Assembly: GCA_030704615.1 (NCBI GenBank)
Contig: CM060734.1
Span: forward strand, 5,394,001 to 5,458,000
Direction: 5' to 3'
DNA: 64,000 nt
From: Takakia lepidozioides
Lineage: Eukaryota > Plantae > Bryophyta
Shown: positions 11,340-22,835 of the stretch, in pieces
Numbering within the stretch: the first letter of the stretch is position 1
Layout of the letters: every line of letters starts with the position of its first letter
Translations under genes and position numbers: made by a program
Notes under the pieces: model-generated
The model's input: the letters and a program-made list of their open reading frames with translations, nothing else
Databases searched by the model: none
What the model was told of the DNA's origin: nothing

Positions 11340-12600
11340 GATGTCAGCGTGGACCTCCTTGCCTTTTTCCAGGGCTACCAAGCTCGCACACACATTGCAA
11401 ATGCAACCAAACGTGACCTGGTTGGGCTTCACCCCTTCCCGCATCATCTGCTCATAGGTCTCCAAAGCCTCCATCCCAAACCCAGGTTGGACATATCCTA
11501 CGATCATCGCATTAAATGACACCACATTTTGTTCAGCCATTTTGTCAAAGACTCCCTTTGCATCTTTGATGCTCCCACATTTGGCATATATGTCTACCAG
11601 GGCAGTATCCAGAATGACACTTGGTAGAATTCCAACTTTCATGATGTCAGCATGGACCTGTTTGCCTTTTTCTAGGGTTGCCAGGCTTGCACACGCATCG
11701 CAAACACAATGAACGTGACCTGGTTGGGCTTCATCCCTTCCCGCATCATTTGCTCATAGGTCTCCAAAGCCTCCATCCCACACCCATGCTGCGCATATCC
11801 TGCAATCCTAGCACTCCATGACACACATTTTGTTCACTGTTGAACACTCCCTTTGCATCCTGGATGCTCCCACATTTAGCATACATGTTCATCAGTGGCA
11901 GTGTTCAGAACGGCATCTGGTACATTCCAGCTTTGATGATGTCACCATGGACCTCTTTGCCCTGTTCGGGGGCTGCAAGGCTTGCACATGCATTGCAAAT
12001 GCAAACGAACGTGATATGGTTGGGCTCTCACCCCTTCCTGCATCATTTGCTCATAAGTCTCCAATGCATTCCTACCACACCCATGCTCGGTAAATCTTGC
12101 AATCATTAAATTCCACGTGATCAAACCTCGTTCAAGCATTTTGTTGAACACTTGGTGTGCATCCATGATGCTCCCACACTTAACATACATGTTGACCACG
12201 GTGTTATGTATAAAAACATTGGGTTTGAATCCATTTTGGATAATGTGAGCGTGCACCTGCTTTCCAACTTCCAGGCCTTTCATCTTGGTGCACTTATACA
12301 AGAGACAGACGTAAGTACTGAATCTGCTGGAATTTGTCCTTGATATAAAGTCTGTAGAGCCTCTTTCAGTCGCCCTGCCTCACATAGCATCCCCACATGC
12401 CAGAAGAGGCAGTGTGAACTCCTCTTGGCCATCTACCGGAAGCTATGGTCATAGTGGAGGTGCCTGGATTGATCAACTGTGCCGCTGCTTCTGCCTCCAC
12501 TTGACCATCTACCCATGCAGGTTTCTTGTAGCTATCGATCCACAGGGAATCTTGTGCTTGAAATCCTGCCCTCTTGGATGAATCTGGACCACGCTCCATC
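11340..12600 (-). pseudogene. PLS-class PPR gene fragment (N-terminal repeats; C-terminus lost)
   Basis: VDIYAKCGSIKDAKGVFDKM, NVVSFNAMI and [11 protein letters not shown] motifs across several frameshifted ORFs. Confidence 0.9.
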
Positions 12601-13974
12601 CTTGCTCCTTCAGCTATCCCTGCCTCTGCACCAGTAATTTATAGATCCTCGCCTTACTGCTAGCAGCTGACAATGACATCCTGGTTTGTTCTAGCCAACA
12701 CCCCAACCTTACTTATCATACACTAGTCCCTAGGCTGAATTGCTCCAAGACTTATAAAATGTGATGGGGAGAGATAGGGGATGACAATTTCCAATAAAGC
12801 TTTGTGATGCATCTTGTTGTCTACTTCTCTCTGTAGTCTAACAGGTATTCACCTTTTGCCTCGATTGTCCCACCATTGATTGGGGTCTAACAAATATTTA
12901 TTCCAACACTTCTCCTCGCCTCTGTTATTTGTTTTGGATACTTTCATGGTGCCACATTTGCAGTATCTTGTCAAAATCACACCAAACCACCATAGATCCA
13001 CCCAACAAACCATAACTCCCAAAATTCAACATAAAACATTAGGGATGTCTCTGATACCAAGGCACAACAAGCTGAAATGTGTTTGAAGAGTTGCTCTCAC
13101 GACATTTGTCATTGACCTTGTATCATGAAAGTAGCTAGCTTTTATTGAGGATTCAACCGACCATCAACCAAAAGGACCTCTTGTGTATGCTGCTCATGTC
13201 TGTAGTCAGGTTATCTCAGATTGGTCTGTGAGACCACCACAGTAGCTGGGCAGCCATAGACTCAAACATGGCCTCCTAAGACCAAGCCGACCCTCACAAG
13301 TACCTCGTAAACACCAGGGAAACTACCTAATCATGATAATGACAGGAAGAGCCAACACTTGTAGCACGGACAAAATTTAGAAAGCCACACCTTGCAATTG
13401 CGGTTGACCCACCATAGTGAAGGATCTCTAAAAACCTCATGCCAGTGCTGCTCCATGCTCCGCAGTAGACCTTCATGCCCAAAACTCCCCAGCATCAACA
13501 TTTTGCCAAGTTCTTTATGGAGGAGTGCTAGTAAGCTGTCAGTAACATTCATACAAGTTCATTGGACTCTAATGAGCATTGTCTCAACCCTCCCAAGTAC
13601 CTTACAAACTCCAGGGAGAAGACCTTGGGCATCCTACTTTCATGCCCTGCTCAGAAGGAACAATCTCCTACACTTAAAAGCAGTTTTTGCGGATCAAAGC
13701 GACATTCTAACCTCACTCAGTAGAATTCAGTCCACAAAAATATGAGCAGACCAAGTTCACTCAGACTCCTTCACATCCTACATGAAGAAAGCGCACCTTG
13801 TCGACGTCCCACAATTGTGCGTGCGTACAGGACGCGAAAAGCACGCAAGCATCATGCTTGCGATCACCCTATGGCCATATATGACTATGTGTCACATCCT
13901 GGTATGTGAGGCCGGCCGTCATCATGGGATGATTGCAACACATGAATAAACCGATTCATGTGATACATGTATAC

Positions 13975-14165
13975 AGCTGCGGGCCGGGCGGGCCCGGGGG
14001 GGGGAGGGGCGCTCGGGGGTGGAGGGGGCGGGACGGGGTGGCGCGGGCGGGGGGTGATGGGGGGAGGGGGTCCCGGGCCGCGGCGACCGCGATCCGCGCA
14101 GGAGCCGGCGAAGTGGGTGCGTCTGGGGGCTTGGGGGGTGCCACGCAGGTAGGACCCTTGGGCTC
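13975..14165 (+). other. Very G-rich tract with many G3+ runs
   Basis: GGGCCGGGCGGGCCCGGGGGGGGGAGGGGC... read directly. Confidence 0.6.
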
Positions 14166-14605
14166 GCATTAAACTCCCGGGCCTTTTCTAATGTGCGTCG
14201 TTAAGTTTGGACAATTAATTTCATAAGTTTTTTCACGTGAGCACGATATTCAAATAGTTTTTTATTTTCTTTCCCATGAGCACATTTTGGTTTCACTACC
14301 GCATATTCTCCGGATTCTTGGGGAATATGCAGAATATGCCTCTGTGCTCGCCTGAGCATGCTCACAAGCTACCCAACCTCCCCAAAATTACATTTGCAAC
14401 GGAGTTTATTATACTCCCATTACGACGTCACACGAGTCTCCACCAATTCTATAAAGGATTCGAGGAGAATATACCCTTAATAGACTTGAGTGGATATGTC
14501 TGTAAGGGAGAAGGACCAGCCATAAAAATCCCTACCTAACTGCCCATACAGCGGAGAGCCACTGAGGAGGAAATTCCCGTCATTTCAATACATTGACGGG
14601 TTAAC

Positions 14606-17600
14606 AGGGACTGCCATACCAGGGGCTGGTTGGTGGGTGCCCCCTCTCTCCCTCTGTCTCCCTCCATCCTTGGAATTGGCCGGTTTTATCAGTGTTAATT
14701 TCTTGTGTTTTCAGCCATACCGGATGGACTCTCGCAGTTTTTTCACCCGTCCTATAATGATTTTTCATCCATACCGGATGAACTACCAGGGTGGACACTG
14801 AATTACCTCTAAGACGAGTCTCTGATTTTTCATTCCTCTTTTATTGACTTTCATCCATACCGGATGAGTCACTAGAGAATGAGGAATTACCTCTGTGGGG
14901 GTTGCCACTAGCATCCTATTTTTCCATCCATACCGGATGAAAAATGCCAAGATATTAATTTTTTCATTCCTCTTTTATTGCTTTTTCATCCGTACCGGAT
15001 GAGGCATTTTTGGGATGTGGAATTACTTGTAAGGATGTAAAACCGATGCCTTGGATGTTATTTCATGTTTTTTCATCCTATTGCAGGACTTTTTCCAACG
15101 GATGAACTCAATAATTTTGTTTCATCTGAACCGGATGAAGTGTACAGCTTTTGATGGCCCTGGACTAATATTAATTACCCCTAATTATGGTTAGTTAAGG
15201 TGTGAAACCCTAATCCCTACCCTAAAACCTACCATTTAACCTAGCTACGAATAAAATCCGTCGGGTTTTAAAGGATGTGGTAATGATTATTCATCCTGCA
15301 CGGATGAAAAATCAGGCAAGAGCCCTAGGATGTCTCTCCCGCCGTCAGAAGCACGAGCAGTGCTTCTGAGCTCGCGGGAAGAGCGTTATGGCGTCTGCGT
15401 TTTGCTGCATCGTACCCGTGCTGGGCGATCTCCTGTGGATGCGCAATGGCGACGCTTTGTTTTTTCTTACAGGCGAGAGACAATGCTGGGAATGCATCGT
15501 CTCTTTCCCCCCTCTGGCTTTTAATTTTTGCAGCGGCTCTTGTGTGGGGAAGTATCTCTCTCCCCCTTCTTAAACCTAGCAAGTGTGCTTGTATGCTTCA
15601 CTTCTCCTTTGCTTTGCTGGAGGTGGCTTGCTGCTGGTGATGGCGCACAGTTCTCTTCCCAATCGCTCAAGGTGTTTTTGGTGATTAGGGTTTCTTTTGT
15701 TTTATGTCTTTCTCTCTCGTTTTTGAGGTTCTTAGTTGACATCGATGACAAGTGTAGGGGTCTGTGATTCACCTGGGGTTCCACAATCCTCACTAACCTG
15801 TTGGTTTTTGTGGGGGCTTGTGATGGGACCAGGTGAGGATCCCTACTTGCTTTGAATTCTCTTGAGCTTGCAGATATGGATGTGGGCAAATGGAGCCTAT
15901 TGTGTATGGCGTCTTGACCTGGCTGCTGCCTGCAGCCCCGATTTCGGCCCGCTTGCTCCTGGTTTGGCATGCTGATGCTTACTTTTGACTTATGTTTTGC
16001 TGCCTTTGATGGAGCATTTCGGCCTGGCAGGCCTGTCTCTTGAAGCCCAGAATCTGGACCTTACCTTGTCTTGTAATCTTTGACAGCGGTGCCTGTGGAT
16101 TATTAAGCTAGGTACTGTTTTGGCCTTAAAGAGGAGGCGAGTTTTATGGGTAAGGCCTCAGTGGCTGTTAGGTTCTAAGGAAGAGGAGGCCCTGATTTTT
16201 TAAGATGGCAGCCTGATAAGGCACTGACAGGCCTCTTCCAGACCTGAGTCTGGTGTGGAATGGAGCATAGTGAGGTTTATTTGCAAACCCTGGCATAAGC
16301 CTTCTTGGAAAACAGTGGGTAAGCTCTACTGGACCTTTGCCAAAGATTATTAGCCTTGTATTGCCATCAGGCCAGTTACCTGCAGTGTATGGATTATTTT
16401 TTGGCCAAGAGGGCTTGGTCCCGGGCACTCAAGATGTTTGTGTGTCCATGTCTTGAATCTGTAATATGGCAGGCCGTTCTTCCATTCCCAAGATGCCTTG
16501 CATGATGCATGTCGTTGGGCAATTATGAATGATATAGAATGAGGCTGCAATCTGTCTTGTCATGCCCAAGAGGGTTACTTGGTTGCATGTTTGGAAACTG
16601 AAAAACTGCAGGCTGGTCCATCAAGATGCTTGTGTATACATGTCTTGAATCTGTAGTATGGCAGGCTGTTCTTAACTACCCAAGGGGCCTTGCATGATGC
16701 ATGTCTTGGGGTAATTACAAATGGTAAAGAATGAGGCTGCAATACGCTTTGTCATGCCTAAGAGGGTATACTTGGTTGCATGCTTGGAATTTGCCCAAAC
16801 TGCAGGCTGGTCCATCAAGATGCTTGTGTGTACATATCTTGAATCTGTAATATGGCAGGTTGTTCTTACTTGCCCAAGATGCCTTGCATGATGCATGTCT
16901 TGGGTAATACTGATAAGGTAGGCTGCAAATTATTTTGTCATATCCAAGATGTTTGCATGAAGGGCATGTCTTGAATCTGTAATATTGCAGGTTGGCTTCA
17001 CATACACAAGATGTTTTGCTCTAATGCATATCTTGTTGTAATTATGATGCGAGGAAAGGGTATGACAAGCTGCAGCAATCTGATTTTTCAGTACACAAGA
17101 TGATTGCTTATATGCTTTGTCTTGTTGTCATGACCTGTACATAAACAAACCTCGCCCTCCCACCCTGTTTTATCATGAATGATTGGGTGAAATCAATTGG
17201 GAAGTCATGACTAGAATGGAAGTGTTAGATGGTGCCCTGTTTATGGGCTGTTTATGTCTTTAATTGACAATGACCCTAGTAGGGTCTTGTCCATGTCTTG
17301 ACATGAATATCTTCCCACTCTTCCTTTTCCAGTGTACTTGGTGGTTCTTGTACACACCATCTACCACTTTCCTTTCTGGTTATTTCTTCATCATGTTGAT
17401 ATACTAACATGGTTTTTTTCTGGCCTGGCAGAAGGTCCCTCCATGACAAAGATATGGAGCAATGACCTTCATAAGGTATGTCCTCCAGCAAAAACTTGTT
17501 GGTGAAATTAAGCACGGAGGTCTTTAAGATAAGCATAGTGCTTTTGAGTATTGTCTTCATACTGATATATTGAGCTAGGCCCAAGTAAAACCACCTGCAT

Positions 17601-18070
17601 GAGTATGTGTACACCTTCTACATGATCCGGTCAATGCACACTACTCATGTTAGATGGTATCCTGTAGCTGATGCCTTGTATTAGACACTCTTAGGTTCAT
17701 ATGCCTTCATACCTCTCTACAAGTGGCTTTGCTCTATGTAGCACCACTAAGCAAATATGCATATGCAATATGCTATGTGATTATCATACCTTTGGAAAAA
17801 CTGGCCTTAAAACCAGGATGGTGTATAGATGGGCAGCAAGTTGCTACCATCCTGCGTTACACTTGTTTGGAGGGTTTGTCTCGTGTTCTCTTATCCCTGT
17901 TTGCTGATCCATGACACCCAATTATTGGTCCTTGAACAGGGAAAGGCGAGGAAGTAGGCCTTTCCAGCCCCTATGGCATAACTATCCAGGGTTTGGAATC
18001 TACTTTGAAGAGGGAGAAACCTTATGAAGGGGTCTGGTATGCACTCCCTTACGGGGTGAGTGCATACCAC
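14606..18070. mobile_element. Element X, complete copy (about 3.47 kb), inverted relative to the other copies
   Basis: Left end AGGGACTGCCATACCAG; right end CTGGTATGCACTCCCTTACGGGGTGAGTGCATACCAC. Each end is confirmed by an independent junction in another copy. No TSD and no credible ORF. Confidence 0.8.
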
Positions 18071-18930
18071 ACACGATTGGTATCCCGTACTACGATTTCT
18101 CGCTCAACAATCTTTGAGATGAACTTGGTGGCCGTATGGCAGTCACCACAAACCCGAAGGTTCTTGATGACAAGAAGAGGCGTCCCAGGGCAAGTGCTGA
18201 TCAACCCAAAAGCAATGGCTAGCTTTTCACTGTGGTAACAAAGAGAAAATTCCTTTTGCTCCTCCTCCACATTATGCAATGCAAAGCGCGTGTCAGGCAC
18301 ATACCCGGCCTCCTTTATCTGCCCAGATAATCTCTCCAGCTGAGCATGGATTTCCTTGATTTGCGGATGCGATTTGTCATCTACAAGAAATATATGCACC
18401 TGTTTGTTGACCTCAATGCAGCAGTGACCAGGCTCTTTCCTGACACCCCGGTCCTTCATCATTTTTCTCACTTTTGCTGTATCATCCCACCTGCCAGCTG
18501 CAGCATAGATATTCGATAGCAGCACATAAGGATAGGCATGTTGAGGATCCCATTTAAGAAGACATTTTGCAGCCCATTCTGCTCGCACCACATCACCATG
18601 AATTCTGCAAGCACCAAGCAAGGCCCCCCACACTGCAGCACCTGGTTCCATTGGCATTTTCTTAATTAAGTCCTCCGCCTCACCCAGTTGCCCTGCACGG
18701 CCAAGAATGTCCACCATGCAGCCAAAATCTTGTAAAGAATAAGAAGGAGTGGCATCCAACTCTGGTTCCTCTGGTATGGGTGATGTACTCTCCGATCTTA
18801 ATCGTGTGAGAGGTCCAGATGATTCCCCTATGTCTATTCCTCTCTCCCAAACATATGGATAATTAGCTTTCAAATAACTTTCTCTTTTTGCTGAATATCT
18901 GTGAAGTCTAGCTTCTCTTTCATCACTCAT
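18049..18930 (-). CDS. Chimeric ORF: Gypsy-1 gag N-terminus (about 67 aa) fused to PPR-E1-E2-DYW with a truncated C-terminus
   Basis: First part matches 4459-4661 and second part matches 51018-51697. The junction at 18728 keeps the frame. HSEK and CGDC are present. Confidence 0.8.
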   Translation of the reverse strand: MSDEREARLHRYSAKRESYLKANYPYVWERGIDIGESSGPLTRLRSESTSPIPEEPELDATPSYSLQDFGCMVDILGRAGQLGEAEDLIKKMPMEPGAAVWGALLGACRIHGDVVRAEWAAKCLLKWDPQHAYPYVLLSNIYAAAGRWDDTAKVRKMMKDRGVRKEPGHCCIEVNKQVHIFLVDDKSHPQIKEIHAQLERLSGQIKEAGYVPDTRFALHNVEEEQKEFSLCYHSEKLAIAFGLISTCPGTPLLVIKNLRVCGDCHTATKFISKIVEREIVVRDTNRVWYALTP

Positions 18931-18950
18931 GTCCCATGTCTTTCATATTT

Positions 18951-19775
18951 TCAATGAGGCAATAACCAAAACTCTCTCCTGTAGTATCTCTCGTATATGC
19001 GTGGATTTCTTTCAAGCTTCAATGCACCCTTGGTTATACTAGAAGTCTCCGTTACCATATAACCATATGGCAAGCACGTTTGGAAAGCTGTTCTTGGTGT
19101 AAGTTTGATCCACAGGATATCCTTAGGAATCCAATTCTTTACTAGTACGAATTCTTCATGCATATGAGTGTAAACATTCACTTTCCGTTCCTCCCAGCCT
19201 TCAAACTCCACTTGTTTAATGGATAACAACGCTGTCACATAAACCAGTGTTGGTAACCAACTTGCTCTCCCTCTACAGGCCACTTGATAAATCTTTATCA
19301 CTCTTTTCTCCAGACCCCACTCAGGATCAACATCATGCACTCTCTTAAGAATGTTTTCCTTGCAACCGTCTCCTCCATCGTAACGCTCACGCTGAGGGAA
19401 TTTGTGCAGCTCCCTGCAGACTACAAAGAAACGGGAAGGCTACACAGAACTACTAAGACAAGAATAACAGCTACAGTGGCTCCCGCTTGCGACCCTCTTG
19501 CGACCCTCGAAGAATCTTTGAAAGAATTGCTTGGACAATCTTTCTTTCTCAGTTCCACAAGGAATTTGATTCACATCAAATTCTTTAATTCTCCATCCAC
19601 CATGATCCCACCAGATGTCTGTCACATCTGGTTGTTCTTGACCCAGTTCCCCAGTATGGTCGCCAAATGTCGAACGGCTTTTACTCACCCATCCCTTCGC
19701 TATCCGAGGTGGGAACTCCAAGATAGAAGAGTTGGATATCTCTAAGCACTCAGCCCGCTCAGAACAATCAGTCAT
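18951..19775 (-). pseudogene. Second copy of the Gypsy-1 upstream extra ORF, split by a 141-bp insert (19369-19509)
   Basis: The two ORF halves match the 231-aa protein at 3743-4438. Confidence 0.75.
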
Positions 19776-20628
19776 GACCTACAGCTAGTGTATCATGGTT
19801 GTGCTTCCTGTTTGTATTTCTTCTTGCCTTTATGTTAGCAAATTACCTTACTATGTATACTTAAGCATCAGATCGCTTCAGTATCTATCAGGTTCCATTC
19901 ACTCATCCATCCATTCCACAACTTCACTGATTGTATCAAATAAGTATCAGATTAAGATTTATCATGTATCAGGCCGAAGCCATGGTGTCCCTAGCCTGCT
20001 CTACGGTATATCAATACAGCTTGCATGAATCAAGCATCATCAGTTCATGACTCCTCCATCTCTCCGTTCCAGATCGTGCTCTCCTTCCCGATGGCTAAGT
20101 CCTGATCTCCAGAAGTGTCTTCCAAGAAGTGTCCTCCATGTTGCTGCTCTGCTTAATTTATCTGCAAGCTGTTCTAACCGCCTAACTAACTAACTGTCAC
20201 CCAAGAAGTAAACACGTTCCCTCTGCAGATGTCGTTCCCACACAGTCATTCCCTGCCAATGATAACCATTCCCTATGTACGTTGTGACGGGCTGTGCCAA
20301 GCTGTATCGGGCTGTGACTGTGCCGAGCTGTGACTGGCTGTGTCGGACTGTGTCGGGCTGTGACCGGCTGTGTGAAGCTGTGTCGGGCTGTGACTAGCTG
20401 TGATAGACTGTGATAGGTTGTGTCCGGTTGTGACAAGCTGTATCAGGCTGTGTACAACTGTGTCCAGCTGTGACTGAGTGTGTAAGCCTGTCTACCACCC
20501 CTAAAGCTTGTGCCTGTCACCCCTAAGGCCTCTGTTGGTCTAAGTCTACCATCCGTAAGTCTGCGCAAAAATTAAGGGTACCCCACAGAATCCGTAAAAC
20601 TGTCTAAGTCCCAGACAGCCCTCTAACA
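19668..20628 (-). repeat. Gypsy-1 LTR with a PPT upstream (20631-20650) and a PBS downstream (19648-19665)
   Basis: Minus strand reads TTTTTGAGAGGGGGAGGGGTAA-TGTTAGAGGG...CGACA-TT-TGGCGACCATACTGGGGA. Confidence 0.88.
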
Positions 20629-20669
20629 TTACCCCTCCCCCTCTCAAAAAGCCGTGTCTTCACGGTTTA

Positions 20670-21671
20670 CTATTTAGGATCAGCAAACCTTTGTGAACGA
20701 GCACCCTTCTGTCGGTGAGTGTCCTTTGGAGCGCTCTGTGTGCGAGCCCGAGCCCTGTCACTGGCTGATGGAGGCAATTGAGCATCAAATGGAAATGTCT
20801 GACCCTCCTTTGGTTGATAACGAGGTAACTTCTCAAGCATAGGAGATCCCTGTCGTTTCTTCTCTGCCATTTGTAGTGCATAGTCCTCCGCCATGTCAAA
20901 AGGTTCCTCCGTAGAACCAGTATTATCAGAATCATCTTCCCCCCTGAGGCCTTTCGGTGCCCGAACCTTAAGTGGCTTCTCAGGAATCCTGCGTGGCATA
21001 CAGTGTTGGCCCACCATGTCTGGAAGCTTAAACTGTACTACTTGCATTAATCGCTTGCAAGCAAAATGAGTGTACTCCCTGAATTCCTTGTCCGTATAGG
21101 TGAGAGGTGTGCCAATGACTTTGGAACAATGTAAGTATTTCCAGGCTTCATGTCCCTTATAAAAAATATCGTCAGGGCCCAATTTTTCTTTGGCCACGTT
21201 GTTCCAAGCCAAATTAAACCATGAGCGAAGTTGGGAATCCTTCTGCAACATGACTTTCACATCATACAGATACATATGGGGTGGAACTGAAGGTAAGACC
21301 CAATGATCCCCAGTGGAATAACTCAGAAATCTTGACTGCATCTTCTGCTGCTCAATGTGATAACGTACAATGAAACAAGCAGCATAGTATAATCCATAGC
21401 CCATGACCAAACTAGATACCTCCTTGGTCTTGGTGTAGATGTACCCATGAACAACCTGGAAGGCAATTAATTCCTTCAGCATGGTGTCTGCCTCAGACCA
21501 GTACCTTGCAAAATGATGATCCTCAATGGGTCGGTTGTTCGGAAGAACCTTAGTCCGAGTTGCCACTGGCAACAAAATGCGCATGATCTGGTAATAGTGT
21601 GCCAAAGACTCTGGAGGACTGAATTCCTTCCAAGCCAAATCCATCACAATGGGAATTTGGTTGAAGGGCAT
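20670..21671 (-). CDS. Sense-strand extra ORF just upstream of the Gypsy-1 PPT (env-like position), unknown function
   Basis: 333 open codons ending 20 nt before the PPT. The frame continues upstream to about 21860 past a single TAG. Confidence 0.6.
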   Translation of the reverse strand: MPFNQIPIVMDLAWKEFSPPESLAHYYQIMRILLPVATRTKVLPNNRPIEDHHFARYWSEADTMLKELIAFQVVHGYIYTKTKEVSSLVMGYGLYYAACFIVRYHIEQQKMQSRFLSYSTGDHWVLPSVPPHMYLYDVKVMLQKDSQLRSWFNLAWNNVAKEKLGPDDIFYKGHEAWKYLHCSKVIGTPLTYTDKEFREYTHFACKRLMQVVQFKLPDMVGQHCMPRRIPEKPLKVRAPKGLRGEDDSDNTGSTEEPFDMAEDYALQMAEKKRQGSPMLEKLPRYQPKEGQTFPFDAQLPPSASDRARARTQSAPKDTHRQKGARSQRFADPK

Positions 21672-21877
21672 AATTATAGCCCGATTGTACTCAAGTGCAG
21701 CAGGAGTCCTAGGTGGGTTAAAAACAGCATCCCCCTAGACCTCAGATTGCTGCAGTGCCATGGTATCAACAACGTCGACCTCCTGTGGTTGTTGTGACAT
21801 TGGCACCACTGTCCCTCCTGTTGTCGGCAAGTCCTGCACCTCCTGTGACGAAGATTGCAAAATCAAAGTCCGTGCAT

Positions 21878-22577
21878 GCTGTCGTGCGCATACATATCGC
21901 TACACAACTACATCGCTGTCCAAAACCACACAACACATGTGCACACCACACACTAGTATACCACTAGTCCACCACTAGTCCAGCCACTAGTCCAACCACT
22001 AGGCTACAACTAGTCAGTCACTAGGCTGCCACTATGCTGCCCACTATGGCAGTCACTAGTCCACACAATGATAAAGAAGAAGAATACAAGCACGAGCTCA
22101 CAAATCTGAAGCATAAACTCATGCATATATAACCTCATCACTCAAATACAAGTCAAGCCAAGTGCACCCCACGCCATGGGGAATCCACACTACGGCGCCA
22201 TAGCTAGGCGCGGTGAGGCTCAACTCGAGAAAGATGAGCCTTCCGCGCTTGCCGTGAAGATAACCACTCCAGGGCCTAAGTCTGCCTTGACCCCTGGATT
22301 GACACTTGGACCAATCCCAAATGTCAACATGTAAAAGCTAGCTATTTCCTAGCTAGTTTCACACTAGTGGTAAAATAACTTGACAGCTGTCGTGCGCATA
22401 CATATCGCTACACAACTACATCGCTGTCCAAAACCACACAACACATGTGCACACCACACACTAGTATACCACTAGTCCACCACTAGTCCAGCCACTAGTC
22501 CAACCACTAGGCTACAACTAGTCAGTCACTAGGCTACCACTATGCTGCCCACTATGGTTGTCACTAGTCCACACAAT
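21878..22577 (-). repeat. 3' LTR region of the PHD-Gypsy: 192-bp block A (22386-22577), block B (22069-22385), second block A (21878-22069)
   Basis: The A copies differ at 3 positions. PPT AGCTAGGGGGGCGA precedes TGTGTGG at 22575. Block B is homologous to 42522-42882. Confidence 0.8.
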
Positions 22578-22835
22578 CGCCCCCCTAGCTGGTGCTTAGG
22601 TCCCTCTAAGTCCAGGTAACCACAAGATGTGATAGTGACCATAGCCTCACTAAGTCCTCCACCACTATCCCTACTACACTCAAACTCGATAGATCAAGAG
22701 GCCGGGTGCAAGAGTTGCCCCATCGTTAGTCGCCGTCTTGCAACCTGTGAACTTGAGCTTGGGATCTCATGTATTGACTCCTATGAGCTTGGCCTCCCAT
22801 ATCTTGTTAGCTGCCTCCAGTCATGTCCACTGCCA

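Noticed and set aside
10776-11519. 247-aa ORF as a real gene
   Set aside because: Chance read-through from integrase across the CACTA end into antisense PPR sequence.
14575-14604. piggyBac end (GGG-TTAA)
   Set aside because: No partner end or transposase; too short to support.
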